The notes below the pieces were generated by a model. The model did not search any database and had not been told where the DNA came from. It was given only the letters and a program-made list of their open reading frames with translations. A stretch of DNA of 64,000 nucleotides, taken from an uncultured Gemmatimonadaceae bacterium. Its GTDB lineage: Bacteria; Gemmatimonadota; Gemmatimonadetes; Gemmatimonadales; Gemmatimonadaceae. The position numbers and the translations under genes were made by a program. The DNA lies in the NCBI GenBank assembly GCA_963751275.1, contig CAVVTZ010000007.1:256001-320000 (forward strand). The letters run 5' to 3'. This document shows, in pieces, positions 9,525-20,045 of this stretch; within the stretch, counting starts at the first letter, position 1; every line of letters begins with the position of its first letter.

Positions 9525-10664
9525 ATGATGCGCTTCACCCGATCGATCGCGGTCCTGTCGTTGGCGGCGGCGCTCGCCGCGCCGGCATGGTCCCAGGAGG
9601 CGCCGCTGCCCGCGCCCACGCCCAAGGCCGCGCCCTGCGCGCAGTGCGCCGAGCTGGAGAAGATGCGCGCGCAGGAGCAGGTCCTGCGCGCCGACATGGA
9701 CAAGCGCTACGAGACGGCCATCGACGCGCGGGAAGCGATGCTCGAGAAGAACGATTCCGCGTCGCAGGCGGCGTACTATCAGGCGAGCACGCGCTACGAA
9801 GTTGCCAAGCGCACGTACGACCGGTTCGTGATGCGCATGATGAGCGTGGAGATCAGCGTGGCGCAGCGGCAAGCGATGAAGATCTACATGGATCCGATGA
9901 CGATCCGCGTGACGCCGCGCCCGCCATCCGGCTGGCTGGGCATCACTTTCTCCGGCTCGTTCACGACGTATTCGGACAGCGGCCGGCGCGTGATGCGGTT
10001 CAAGGAGTATCCGATGGTCGAGTCGGTGGAACCGGACTCGCCGGCCGAACGCGCGGGCGTGGAGTCGCAGGACCTCGTGCTGGCGCTCGCGGGCCGCGAC
10101 GTGCTGAAGGGAACGCCAACTTTTCAGGAACTGCTGCGCCCCGGCAACAAACTGACGTTGAAGCTCAAGCGCGGAAAGGCGACACTGGACCGTACGGTGC
10201 TGGTGGAGCCACGTCCTGACTCGTGGGCGCCGCAGGTGGAGATCATGCCCGACGCGCCGGGCATGGCGCCCGAGGCGCCCGAGGCGCCGGAACCGCCGGA
10301 GAGTCCGTCGGGCTACACGCCGTTGCCGCCGCGGCCGTGGCCGGCGCCGATGGCGAAAGGGATGGGCATGTCGTACAGCTTCTCCTACGACAACCTCACC
10401 ATCGCCGGCGCGCACGTGCAGCAGTTCGCCGCGCTCAAGGATTATTTCGGGGTCGATTCCGGCCTGCTCGTGCTGAGCGTCCTGCCCGGCACGCCGGCCG
10501 CGCGGGCCGGCCTGCGCGATGGCGACGTGATCACGCGCGCGAACGGCGCGACCGTCTCGAGCCCGGGGCAGTTCTCACAGCTCGTGCGGCGTGCGCGCGA
10601 CACGACGCTGACGCTCGACATCGTGCGCCAGAAGAAGAAGCAGACGGTGACGCTGAAGTGGTGA
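9525..10664 (+). CDS. Secreted protein with two PDZ domains and a helical N-terminus
   Basis: Signal peptide; GWLGI..VEPDSPAERAG and VLPGTPAARAGLRDGDVI; no trypsin motif seen. Confidence 0.8.
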   Translation: MMRFTRSIAVLSLAAALAAPAWSQEAPLPAPTPKAAPCAQCAELEKMRAQEQVLRADMDKRYETAIDAREAMLEKNDSASQAAYYQASTRYEVAKRTYDRFVMRMMSVEISVAQRQAMKIYMDPMTIRVTPRPPSGWLGITFSGSFTTYSDSGRRVMRFKEYPMVESVEPDSPAERAGVESQDLVLALAGRDVLKGTPTFQELLRPGNKLTLKLKRGKATLDRTVLVEPRPDSWAPQVEIMPDAPGMAPEAPEAPEPPESPSGYTPLPPRPWPAPMAKGMGMSYSFSYDNLTIAGAHVQQFAALKDYFGVDSGLLVLSVLPGTPAARAGLRDGDVITRANGATVSSPGQFSQLVRRARDTTLTLDIVRQKKKQTVTLKW

Positions 10665-10670
10665 CGCCGC

Positions 10671-11492
10671 TCAGTTCTTGAGCGAGCCTGCCGGCAGGGA
10701 GTAGAGCAGCTTCATCGTCGCGCGGTCGGCGTCGGACAGTTCGCGCACGCGCACGCGCGCGGTCATGATGTTCATCGTGTCGGAGCTGTGATTGAGGCCC
10801 AGGAGGTGTCCCACCTCGTGGAGCGCGATCGCGTGGATCGCCTTCTCGTCCAGCGGCTCGCCGCCCGTGTGGTGCAGCGCGAGCATGATGCTCCCGTTCA
10901 CGATCCACCAGTTGCGATCGCGCGACCAGAGCGTGCGCCCGGTGATCTGCGTGTCGAACCGGTCGAGCCACCCGATCACGACGTCGGCGTCGGTGGAATC
11001 GCGCACGTACGTGAAGCGCATCGGCAGCCCGGTGAGCGCCCACGTCTCGAACGCCTCGTGCACCTGTTCGATGTAGTTCGGGTTCCAGTCCGGCTTGCCG
11101 GCGCCGTCCGCGACCCACACGCGCAGCGGATTGTCCAGGCGGTCGGGCCAGCGCGCGAGCCCCGAATCGCTCTCGGCGATGATCTCATCGAGGTACGTGC
11201 CCTTCTCGCCGAGCATCACGCGCCGGCGGATGTCCGCCACGTCGCGGTCGCCGGGAGCGGGCGCCACGGCGCCGGACGCCGCGCCGGCGACTCCCGAGTC
11301 CGGGGGCACGGCGACGGGCGCCGGCGCAACGGCCGCGGCGGCCGCCGCCGAGTCGTCGGGCAGCGGTGCGCTCGCCTTCATCCGCGCGGCTTCCTCAGCC
11401 TGCGTCTCCCGCATCTGGTCGATCGCCTGATAGGCGACGAATCCGATGATGGGGAACGCGAGGACGAGGGGCAGCGCGGTGGTGATCTTCAT
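10671..11492 (-). CDS. Matrixin (M10) family metalloprotease
   Basis: HEVGHLLGLNHS zinc motif plus Met-turn NIM; N-terminal TM. Confidence 0.88.
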   Translation of the reverse strand: MKITTALPLVLAFPIIGFVAYQAIDQMRETQAEEAARMKASAPLPDDSAAAAAAVAPAPVAVPPDSGVAGAASGAVAPAPGDRDVADIRRRVMLGEKGTYLDEIIAESDSGLARWPDRLDNPLRVWVADGAGKPDWNPNYIEQVHEAFETWALTGLPMRFTYVRDSTDADVVIGWLDRFDTQITGRTLWSRDRNWWIVNGSIMLALHHTGGEPLDEKAIHAIALHEVGHLLGLNHSSDTMNIMTARVRVRELSDADRATMKLLYSLPAGSLKN

Positions 11493-11566
11493 GTCGCGGT
11501 CACAGGGGGCAGAGTCGGGTCGCGGCGGGAGGGACCCCGCCATTCACTCTGACGAGCGAACCCCGC

Positions 11567-12595
11567 TCAACGTTCCGCGTTCCCCGAAAGGCGGCCCAGC
11601 GCCCAGGCGGCATGCGACCGCACCAGCGCTTCGGGGTCCTCTCGCTCCGCGCGCGCGAGCGGCGGCCGCGCACCCGGGCCCCCGCGGTTGCCGAGCGCCA
11701 CGGCGGCGTTGCGCGCGAGGCCGCGTCGTCCGGCGCGCGCCACCGCGGTGTCGCCGAAGCGCCGCTCGAACTGCGCGTCGGTGAGCGCGAGCAGCTCCGC
11801 CAGATCGGGCGCGATGTTCGCCTCGCGCGCGGCCACCGACGGGTCGCCCGCCGAGCTCGCGAATCGCTCGTTCCACGGGCACACGTCCTGGCACACATCG
11901 CAGCCGAAGGCGCGCTCGCCCAGCGCCTCGCGCAGCGCCTCCGGGATCGCGCCGCGCTGCTCGATCGTGAGGTACGAGATGCAGCGCGTGGCGTCGAGCA
12001 CACCGGGCTCGGGAAATGCCTTCGTGGGACAGGCGTCCAGACAGCGCGTGCAGCTCCCGCAATGCTCGGCGGCGAACGGCGCGTCGGCCGCGAGCGGCAG
12101 ATCGGTGAGCACGGTGCCGATCACGAAGAAGCTCCCCTTCCTCGGGTTGATCATCATGGTGTTCTTGCCGAACCAGCCGAGGCCGGCCTGTCGCGCGAGG
12201 TCGCGCTCGAGGATGGGCGCGGTGTCGGAATAGGCCTTCATCTTCACGGGGCGGCCGGCGTCGGCCGCGATGAGATGCCTTAGCTCGCGCAGCTTGTCGC
12301 GCATCACCGCGTGGTAGTCGCGGCCGCGCGCATACCGCGCGATCGGGCCGGCGGGCGTGCGGCCCCCATAGTCCAGGGTGACGACCACCGCCGAGCGCAT
12401 GCCGCGCGCGGGGCGGCGCGTGTCCCGCCGCCTGTCGGCCCAGCGTTTCAGGTAGTACATCTCTCCCGCATAACCGCGCTCGAGCCAGCGGTCGAAATGC
12501 GGAGCGGTGGGTGCGGGTCCGAGGGTCGCGATGCCGCAGAGGTCGAAGCCGAGCCCGTAGGCGTGCGCCTTGATCCGCGGCTCGAGGCGGGTCAC
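11567..12595 (-). CDS. queG: tRNA epoxyqueuosine(34) reductase
   Basis: ARYARGRDYH, ERDLARQAGLGWFGKN, CGSCTRCLDACPT, GCDVCQDVCPWN. Confidence 0.95.
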   Translation of the reverse strand: MTRLEPRIKAHAYGLGFDLCGIATLGPAPTAPHFDRWLERGYAGEMYYLKRWADRRRDTRRPARGMRSAVVVTLDYGGRTPAGPIARYARGRDYHAVMRDKLRELRHLIAADAGRPVKMKAYSDTAPILERDLARQAGLGWFGKNTMMINPRKGSFFVIGTVLTDLPLAADAPFAAEHCGSCTRCLDACPTKAFPEPGVLDATRCISYLTIEQRGAIPEALREALGERAFGCDVCQDVCPWNERFASSAGDPSVAAREANIAPDLAELLALTDAQFERRFGDTAVARAGRRGLARNAAVALGNRGGPGARPPLARAEREDPEALVRSHAAWALGRLSGNAER

Positions 12596-12855
12596 GGCCC
12601 GCGAACGGCCCAGCGCGCGTAGCGGATGATCTCGTCGGCGGTCGGGATCGCATCGGCGTCGCCGTACGCGGTGTACGTGCGCCAGCGGATGTACTCGCGC
12701 GCCGGCAGTGGGAGGAACGGTGCGCGATGCCACCATCCGCGGCGGCGGAAGCGCCACCCCGCGCGTACGAGGTCGCTCGCGAGCCGGGGGTTCACCAGCG
12801 CGCGGCCGGCGACGGTGAGCAGCGATCGGCTCCAGTTCCTTTGGGCGGCGGACAT
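12592..12855 (-). CDS. Small basic hypothetical protein
   Basis: 87-aa ORF whose stop overlaps the queG start; WRFRRRGWW..PFLPLP..YIRWRTYTAYG. Confidence 0.65.
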   Translation of the reverse strand: MSAAQRNWSRSLLTVAGRALVNPRLASDLVRAGWRFRRRGWWHRAPFLPLPAREYIRWRTYTAYGDADAIPTADEIIRYARWAVRGP

Positions 12856-12877
12856 ACTCCAATCTTGCGGGTGCGCA

Positions 12878-13114
12878 GTGCTCTATCAACTCTTGTCTCT
12901 CACCGGGGCGGCGATCGTCCTCGTCGGATTCGCCGGTCTGCAGATGGGCCGGCTCGACCGGCGCAGCATCTGGTTCAACGCGCTGAATCTCGTGGGCTCG
13001 CTCTTCCTGCTCTGGGTGGCGGTGCATGACCGCCGCGCCGGGTTCATCGCGCTCGAGGCGATCTGGGCGCTGTTCTCGATCCCGCCGCTCGCGGTGCGGG
13101 CACGCGCTCCTTAG
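12878..13114 (+). CDS. Small 3-TM membrane protein (CBU_0592-like)
   Basis: GAAIVLVGF..LNLVGS..GFIALEAIW. Confidence 0.7.
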   Translation: MLYQLLSLTGAAIVLVGFAGLQMGRLDRRSIWFNALNLVGSLFLLWVAVHDRRAGFIALEAIWALFSIPPLAVRARAP

Positions 13115-13128
13115 CTTCCCACACCATC

Positions 13129-14109
13129 ATGGCAAAGAAGAAGACTGCCGCTAAACCGCGGGTGGGCCGCGTGGTCACGGCCATGGGCAAGAAGGCCGAC
13201 GTGCAGCACATCCCGGTCGCGGAGCAGGAGTCGCGCGCCGCGCTGCAGGAGCGCACGGAGGAGGGGCACATCAAGGCCGGCCGCACGCCGCCGTCGCGCA
13301 CGTCGGGTGCGCGCCACGCGGGCGCGGTGGAGCTCGCGGACACCGAGCGGCCGATCGACGACTCGATCCGCGACTATCTGCCGCCGCCCGTCACCGAGGA
13401 CGAGAAGCTTCTCGCCACCACGGCGCCGGGCCCCGACTTCACGCGCACGGATCCGTGGCGCGTGATGCGCATCATGTCGGAGTTCATCGAAGGCTTCGAC
13501 ACGCTCGCCGGCATCGACATGGGCGTCAGCATCTTCGGCTCGGCGCGCATCGGGCCGGATGACCCCGCGTACGCCGCGGCGCAGGAGACGGCGCGGCTGC
13601 TCGCCGTCGCCGGCTTCTCGATCATCACCGGGGCGGGGCCCGGCATCATGGAAGCGGCGAACAAGGGCGCGCGACTCGGCGGCGGGCGGTCCATCGGCTG
13701 CAACATCGAGTTGCCGTTCGAGCAGGGCGCCAACCCGTACGTCGATACCCTCATCAACTTCCGCTACTTCTTCGTCCGCAAGACGATGTTCGTGAAGTAC
13801 TCCTCGGCGTTCATCATCTTCCCGGGCGGCTTCGGCACGCTCGATGAATTGTTCGAGGCGCTCACGCTCATCCAGACCGGGAAGATCTACCATTTCCCGG
13901 TGGTGCTCTTCGGGCGGCGCTATTGGGCGGGACTCATCCGCTGGCTGCAATCGCGCGTGCTGCTCGAGCAGAAGATCTCCGCCGGCGACCTCGACCTCCT
14001 GCTCATGACCGACGATCCGGCGGAAGCGGCGAGCACCGTGATCGCCGCGCTCCAGACCCAGCGCAAGGCGCCGCCCAAGCGCCGCGCCACCGACATCCGC
14101 GAGAGCTGA
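13129..14109 (+). CDS. LOG family (TIGR00730) nucleotide monophosphate nucleosidase
   Basis: [39 protein letters not shown]. Confidence 0.92.
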   Translation: MAKKKTAAKPRVGRVVTAMGKKADVQHIPVAEQESRAALQERTEEGHIKAGRTPPSRTSGARHAGAVELADTERPIDDSIRDYLPPPVTEDEKLLATTAPGPDFTRTDPWRVMRIMSEFIEGFDTLAGIDMGVSIFGSARIGPDDPAYAAAQETARLLAVAGFSIITGAGPGIMEAANKGARLGGGRSIGCNIELPFEQGANPYVDTLINFRYFFVRKTMFVKYSSAFIIFPGGFGTLDELFEALTLIQTGKIYHFPVVLFGRRYWAGLIRWLQSRVLLEQKISAGDLDLLLMTDDPAEAASTVIAALQTQRKAPPKRRATDIRES

Positions 14110-14116
14110 CCGAACG

Positions 14117-15280
<1,164 letters not shown>

Positions 15281-15284
15281 CGAC

Positions 15285-15320
15285 CAGTCGTTGGTCGTGA
15301 GCGTTCAGCACGACGACGGC
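15285..15320. repeat. Short hairpin related to the 40658 element (family E) between convergent genes
   Basis: Shares CAGTCGTTGGTCGT with 40661; GTCGTG/CACGAC stem. Confidence 0.5.
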
Positions 15321-15325
15321 GGACG

Positions 15326-16114
15326 TTAGCCGTCCTCGGCGCGGAGCGCCGAGCGGATGAGATTCCGGTTGGAGAGCTTGCCGCGCGAGATGACCCAGGT
15401 GAAGCCGTCGCGGCCGAGCAGGCGCTTCGTGATCGCGGGCACGGACATCCCAGTTGCGGCGAGACGGCGCGCTTCGCCGATGATCCCTTCCATCCAATCG
15501 GCCTTCGCGCGCAGCGTGCTCACCGGATCGTGCAGCGGCCCGCGGTGCGCGCAGAAGACGCGCTTGGGCGCGAGCGCGATCACGGCGTGGAGGCTGCGCA
15601 CGATGCCGTGCACATCTTCGGCGTCCTGCGCGAGCCGCATCTTCACGCTGAGGAACAGGTCGCCCGAGAAGATCGTCTCGCGCTCGGCGTCCCAGACGAC
15701 GTGGTGATCGGGCGTGTGCCCCGGGGTGGGCACGAGGCGAAGACCCGCGGGGTCGAAGCGCACTACGGGAGAGCGCAGCGCCGGCGGCGTCCCCCAATTG
15801 ATGCGCCGGTAGAGCCCGAGCGGCTTGCCGTTGCGAATGGCCGCGAGCGTCGCGTCGGATGCCGCGACCGGAACCCCGCCGCGCACGAGGAGCTCGAGGT
15901 TCCCCGCGTGATCCTCGTGCTGGTGCGTGACGAGCACGCCATTCGGCCGCGTGCCATCGAGCCATTTGGCCAAGTCATGCGCGACGGCGGGGAACCCGGT
16001 GTCCACGAGCATCCCGCGCGTGAGATACGCGCTCGCTTCGTATCCGAGGGCACGCGTGACCGAAGTCGACATGCGCAGTCGCGTGACATCGCCGAATCTC
16101 TCGATCGCGAGCAT
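15326..16114 (-). CDS. MBL-fold metallo-hydrolase
   Basis: THQHEDHAG, TPGHTPDH, SGD. Confidence 0.9.
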   Translation of the reverse strand: MLAIERFGDVTRLRMSTSVTRALGYEASAYLTRGMLVDTGFPAVAHDLAKWLDGTRPNGVLVTHQHEDHAGNLELLVRGGVPVAASDATLAAIRNGKPLGLYRRINWGTPPALRSPVVRFDPAGLRLVPTPGHTPDHHVVWDAERETIFSGDLFLSVKMRLAQDAEDVHGIVRSLHAVIALAPKRVFCAHRGPLHDPVSTLRAKADWMEGIIGEARRLAATGMSVPAITKRLLGRDGFTWVISRGKLSNRNLIRSALRAEDG

Positions 16115-16161
16115 GTAGTGAAAGGTAATTCGGGCAACTGCGTGAGTGGGTTGGTCCATCG

Positions 16162-16539
16162 CGCAGCGTCGCGAGGCCGACCGCGTCGGGACCGCCAGTG
16201 CGCTTACACGCTTCGAGCCTCGCGCAACTGCGCGCGAGTCTCTCGCTACGCGCTCCGGCGGCCCTCTGCGGCCGGCCTCGCTCCGCCCACGAGGATCCCG
16301 AACCCCGGGGCAGTTTGCCCGCGATATTCCGCATGGGCGCGCCCCGCGAGATTCGGCGTCGAGCGGCTGCACATCCCGGCAGAAGGATCTTCGCGCGGGC
16401 TTGTCGCAGTTCGAGATCCCCAGGCGGGTGGCGCGCTCCCGAGCGCGGCCCCAGCGAAAAGCGAGAGACTCGCGCGTAGTGTGCGCGAGGCTCGAAGCGG
16501 TTTGAGCGTCGGCCGCTGCGAGGGAGTGCGCCACCCGCC
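16162..16539 (+). ncRNA. Candidate structured ncRNA / greA leader (alternatively a MITE-like element)
   Basis: 39/40-nt inverted repeat 16209-16247/16460-16499 and 18-nt inverted repeat 16423-16440/16522-16539, with G-U pairs on the + strand; no credible CDS. Confidence 0.45.
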
Positions 16540-16651
16540 GGAATCGCGCGAGAAGGGTAGACATCCCGCGCCCCCCATCCTACTATCCATACAACGCACC
16601 ACTGCGCCCGGCCTCATCGGCTGGGCGCTCCCATTTTCTACCAACGCGCGA

Positions 16652-17128
16652 ATGCTCGAAGCCCTGAAAGAGAAACTCGGCGCCGAAGTCGAGCGGCTCC
16701 AGCACGAATTGAACGTCGTCCTCCCGGCGGAGATCCGGCGCGCCGTGGAGCTCGGCGACCTGAAGGAGAACAGCGAATACAAGAGCGCCCTCGAGCGCCA
16801 GGCGTTCGTGCAGGCGCGCCTGGGGCAGCTGCGCAGCCGGCTCTCCAAGCTCTCGCAGATCGACCTGAGCCAGATCCCCACCGATCGCGTCGGCCTCGGC
16901 TCGCGCGTCGTGGTGGAGGATGTGAAGACGAGCGCGAACGAGGTGTACTTCCTCGTCTTCGGCGATTCCGTTGAGTTCGAGGACGGCCACGTCACGATGA
17001 GCTCCGTGATCGGGCTCGCGCTGCAGGGGAAATCCGTGGGCGACGTCGTGCTGCTGCGCCTGCCGAAGATGACGCGCTCGCTGAAGATCGTGGAACTGCA
17101 GACGATCCACGTCTCGCCGAAGGGCTGA
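16652..17128 (+). CDS. greA: Transcription elongation factor GreA/GreB family
   Basis: AVELGDLKENSEY, VGLGSRV, SSVIGLALQGKSVGD. Confidence 0.9.
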   Translation: MLEALKEKLGAEVERLQHELNVVLPAEIRRAVELGDLKENSEYKSALERQAFVQARLGQLRSRLSKLSQIDLSQIPTDRVGLGSRVVVEDVKTSANEVYFLVFGDSVEFEDGHVTMSSVIGLALQGKSVGDVVLLRLPKMTRSLKIVELQTIHVSPKG

Positions 17129-17129
17129 C

Positions 17130-18656
17130 CTACTCGATCCGGAAGATCCGCTCCACGTCGGCGGCGTAGCGCAGGACCTCGTCGCGCTCGCGCTCCGGCG
17201 TCCAGCCGAGCAGCGGCGCCATCACGTGCGCGACGGCGGGCGCCACCGAGCGGCCATGGTCGGCCGTCTCGAAAGCGAGCGGGATCCGCCGCACCAGCAC
17301 ATCGGACACTCTGAGCGCCATGCCGTGCGTGACGGCATCGCGCACCTGACCCCACACGTGGGTCAATCCGGGCGCGAGCGGAACGGCGCCGGGCCCATCG
17401 AAGCTGGACGTGAGGTCGCGGTCGCGCAGTTCCTTCGTGTCCGTGCGAGACCGGCGGACCTTCCGGCCGAGCATCTGTTGCGCGCGGTCCACGATCTGCG
17501 CGGCCATCAAGCGGTTCGTCGTAAGCTTCCCGCCGGTGACGGTGAGCATTCCCGGCGCGGTGAGGGTGATCGCGTGTTCGCGCGAAACGGCGGCCGTGGT
17601 CGCGGCGCTGCTCGCGACCAGGGGACGGATGCCCGCCCACGCTGAGACCACATCGCGCGCCTGGAGCGCCGCGTCGGGGGCGTAGTGGTTCACCGCCTCG
17701 AGCAGATAATCCACGTCGCCGCGCGTGGCGCGCACCTCATCCGGCGAGCCGTCGTAATCGGTGTCGGTGGTGCCGACGATCGTGAACTCTCGTGCGGGGA
17801 GGATGAACATCACGCGGCCGTCACGCGGATGCGTGATCGCGATCGCCTGTTCGTTGCCGACGCGCATGCGCGGCACCGCAATGTGCGCGCCCTTGGTGCC
17901 TCGAATGCCGGCCTTGGTCTTCGGGTCGGCCATCCGCTGCAGTGCATCCGTCCACGGACCGGTGGCGTTGATCACGCAGCGCGCGGCGGCGCGCACGACG
18001 CGGCCGGTGAACGCGCATTCGAGCTCCGCGCCGCGCACTTCGCCGCCCTCCACGATCAGCGACCGTACGCGCGCGTGGTTCGCCACGTAGGCACCGCTCT
18101 CCGCCGCGGCGCGTGCGTTCGCGAGTGTGAGCAGCGCGTCGTCGGTGTGCGCATCGAAGTAGGTGCCGCCGCCCACGAGATCATCCTGGCGCAAGCACGG
18201 CTCGAGCGTTTCGATCCCCGACGCGCTGAACATCCGGTGACGGCCAATGTTGCGGAAGATCGCGAGCGCGTCGTACAGCGTGAGCGCCGCGCGCAGCTTC
18301 CATGTGGGCACGCGTGCGCCTTTATATACCGGCCACGTGAAGCGCAGCGGCGTCACGAGGTGCGGCGCGATGCGCAGCAGCGTGCGCCGCTCGCGGCTCG
18401 CTTCGAACACGAGATGGAACTGCCCGTGCTCCAGGTAGCGCAGTCCGCCGTGCACGAGGCGCGAGCTCCGGCTCGACGTGCCGCTCGCGAAATCGTCGCG
18501 CTCCACGAGCGCAGTGCTCAAGCCCCGCATCGCGGCGTCGCGCGCCGTGGCCGCGCCGGTGATCCCGCCGCCCACGATGAGCACGTCCAGCTCGCCGGCG
18601 CCGATCTGGTCGAGCGAGGCGGCGCGCGACGCGGCGGAGAACTCGGTGCGGTTCAC
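17130..18656 (-). CDS. glpD: FAD-dependent glycerol-3-phosphate dehydrogenase
   Basis: GGGITG, DFASGTSSRSSRLVHGGLRYLE, GTTD, GGKLTT. Confidence 0.92.
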   Translation of the reverse strand: MNRTEFSAASRAASLDQIGAGELDVLIVGGGITGAATARDAAMRGLSTALVERDDFASGTSSRSSRLVHGGLRYLEHGQFHLVFEASRERRTLLRIAPHLVTPLRFTWPVYKGARVPTWKLRAALTLYDALAIFRNIGRHRMFSASGIETLEPCLRQDDLVGGGTYFDAHTDDALLTLANARAAAESGAYVANHARVRSLIVEGGEVRGAELECAFTGRVVRAAARCVINATGPWTDALQRMADPKTKAGIRGTKGAHIAVPRMRVGNEQAIAITHPRDGRVMFILPAREFTIVGTTDTDYDGSPDEVRATRGDVDYLLEAVNHYAPDAALQARDVVSAWAGIRPLVASSAATTAAVSREHAITLTAPGMLTVTGGKLTTNRLMAAQIVDRAQQMLGRKVRRSRTDTKELRDRDLTSSFDGPGAVPLAPGLTHVWGQVRDAVTHGMALRVSDVLVRRIPLAFETADHGRSVAPAVAHVMAPLLGWTPERERDEVLRYAADVERIFRIE

Positions 18657-18746
18657 GAGGGGAACGCTATGTAGGAGATAGGGCGGGGGTCAATGCGGAT
18701 GTTTGCCGATTGGCAACGCCCGAGCGGGCCGTCTAAGTTTCCCCTC

Positions 18747-20045
18747 ATGTCAACATACGGGAACGGGCGGCGGGTCGCGATCGTTGCGGGCCTGCGCACG
18801 CCCTTCGCGCGTTCCGGCACCACGCTGCGCTCGGTGAGCGCCGAGGACCTCGGCCGCCGCGTCGTCTGCGAACTCATCGCCCGCACCGACCTCACCGGCC
18901 GCGAGATCGACATGCTCGTCTTCGGCACGGTCATCCCTTCCGTGCTCGCCCCGAACATCGCGCGCGAGATCGCGCTGAGCCCATCGCTCCCCAAGGGGAT
19001 CCAGGCGTACTCGGTGAGCCGCGCGTGCGCCAGCGCGAACCAGGCGATCACCGACGCGGCGGACCAGATCGCGCTCGGCCACGCCGACGTCGCGATCGCG
19101 GGCGGCGCCGAATCGCTCAGCAACGTGCCGATCCTGCATTCGCGCGGAATGTCCGACGTGCTCGTCGCCGCCTCCAAGGCGAAGACGCTCGGCGCGCGGC
19201 TCGGCGCGTTCACCCGGCTGCGCCCGAAGGACTTCATCCCGATCACGCCGGCGATCGCGGAAGCGACCACCGGCGAGACGATGGGGCAGAGCGCCGAGAA
19301 GATGGCGAAGATCAATCACATCCCGCGCGACGAGCAGGACCAGTTCGCGCTGCGGTCGCACCGCCTCGCCGCCGCGGGCACGCAGGACGGGCGGCTGACG
19401 CAGGAGATCATGCCCTTCTACGTGCCGCCGAAGTTCGAGAAATGGGAGACGAGCGACAACGGCATCCGCACCGACACGAGCCTCGAGCAGCTCGCGGCGC
19501 TCAAGCCGGTGTTCGACCGGAAGTACGGCAGCGTGACGGCGGGCAATTCCAGCCCACTCACCGACGGCGCCGCCTGCGTTCTCCTAATGAGCGAGGAGAA
19601 GGCGCACGCGCTCGGCTTCAAGCCGATCGCGTTCATCCGGAGCTATGCGTACGCGGCGCTCGACCCGGGCGAACAGCTGCTGCAAGCGCCGGTGCTCGCC
19701 GCGCCGGTGGCGCTGCAGCGCGCGGGGCTTTCGCTGGGCGATATCGATCTCGTGGAGATGCATGAGGCGTTCGCGGCGCAGGTGTTGAGCAACCTGCAGG
19801 GGTTCGAGAGCCAGGTGTGGGCTGAGCGTGCGGGCTTCTCGAAACCGGTGGGACGCGTGGACCGCTCGAAGCTCAACGTGATGGGCGGCTCGATCTCGAT
19901 CGGGCATCCGTTCGGCGCGACGGGCGCGCGCATCACGATGACCCTCGCGAACGAACTCTGGCGGCGCGGCTCACAATTCGGATTGCTCACGGTATGCGCC
20001 GCCGGCGGGCTCGGCTGCGCGATGGTCCTGGAGAACGCCTCATGA
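18747..20045 (+). CDS. fadI: Acetyl-CoA C-acyltransferase (thiolase)
   Basis: NIAREI, SRACAS, HEAFAAQ, GHPFGATG, CAAGGLG. Confidence 0.92.
   Translation: MSTYGNGRRVAIVAGLRTPFARSGTTLRSVSAEDLGRRVVCELIARTDLTGREIDMLVFGTVIPSVLAPNIAREIALSPSLPKGIQAYSVSRACASANQAITDAADQIALGHADVAIAGGAESLSNVPILHSRGMSDVLVAASKAKTLGARLGAFTRLRPKDFIPITPAIAEATTGETMGQSAEKMAKINHIPRDEQDQFALRSHRLAAAGTQDGRLTQEIMPFYVPPKFEKWETSDNGIRTDTSLEQLAALKPVFDRKYGSVTAGNSSPLTDGAACVLLMSEEKAHALGFKPIAFIRSYAYAALDPGEQLLQAPVLAAPVALQRAGLSLGDIDLVEMHEAFAAQVLSNLQGFESQVWAERAGFSKPVGRVDRSKLNVMGGSISIGHPFGATGARITMTLANELWRRGSQFGLLTVCAAGGLGCAMVLENAS

Noticed and set aside
16162..16539. RNase P, tmRNA, SRP RNA or retron msr-msd
   Set aside because: Signature motifs not found by eye, and no reverse transcriptase in the window
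15530..16651. Long N-terminal extensions of GreA (and of the MBL protein on the other strand)
   Set aside because: Low-complexity Arg/Ala/Pro sequence; family-typical starts are at 16652 and 16114
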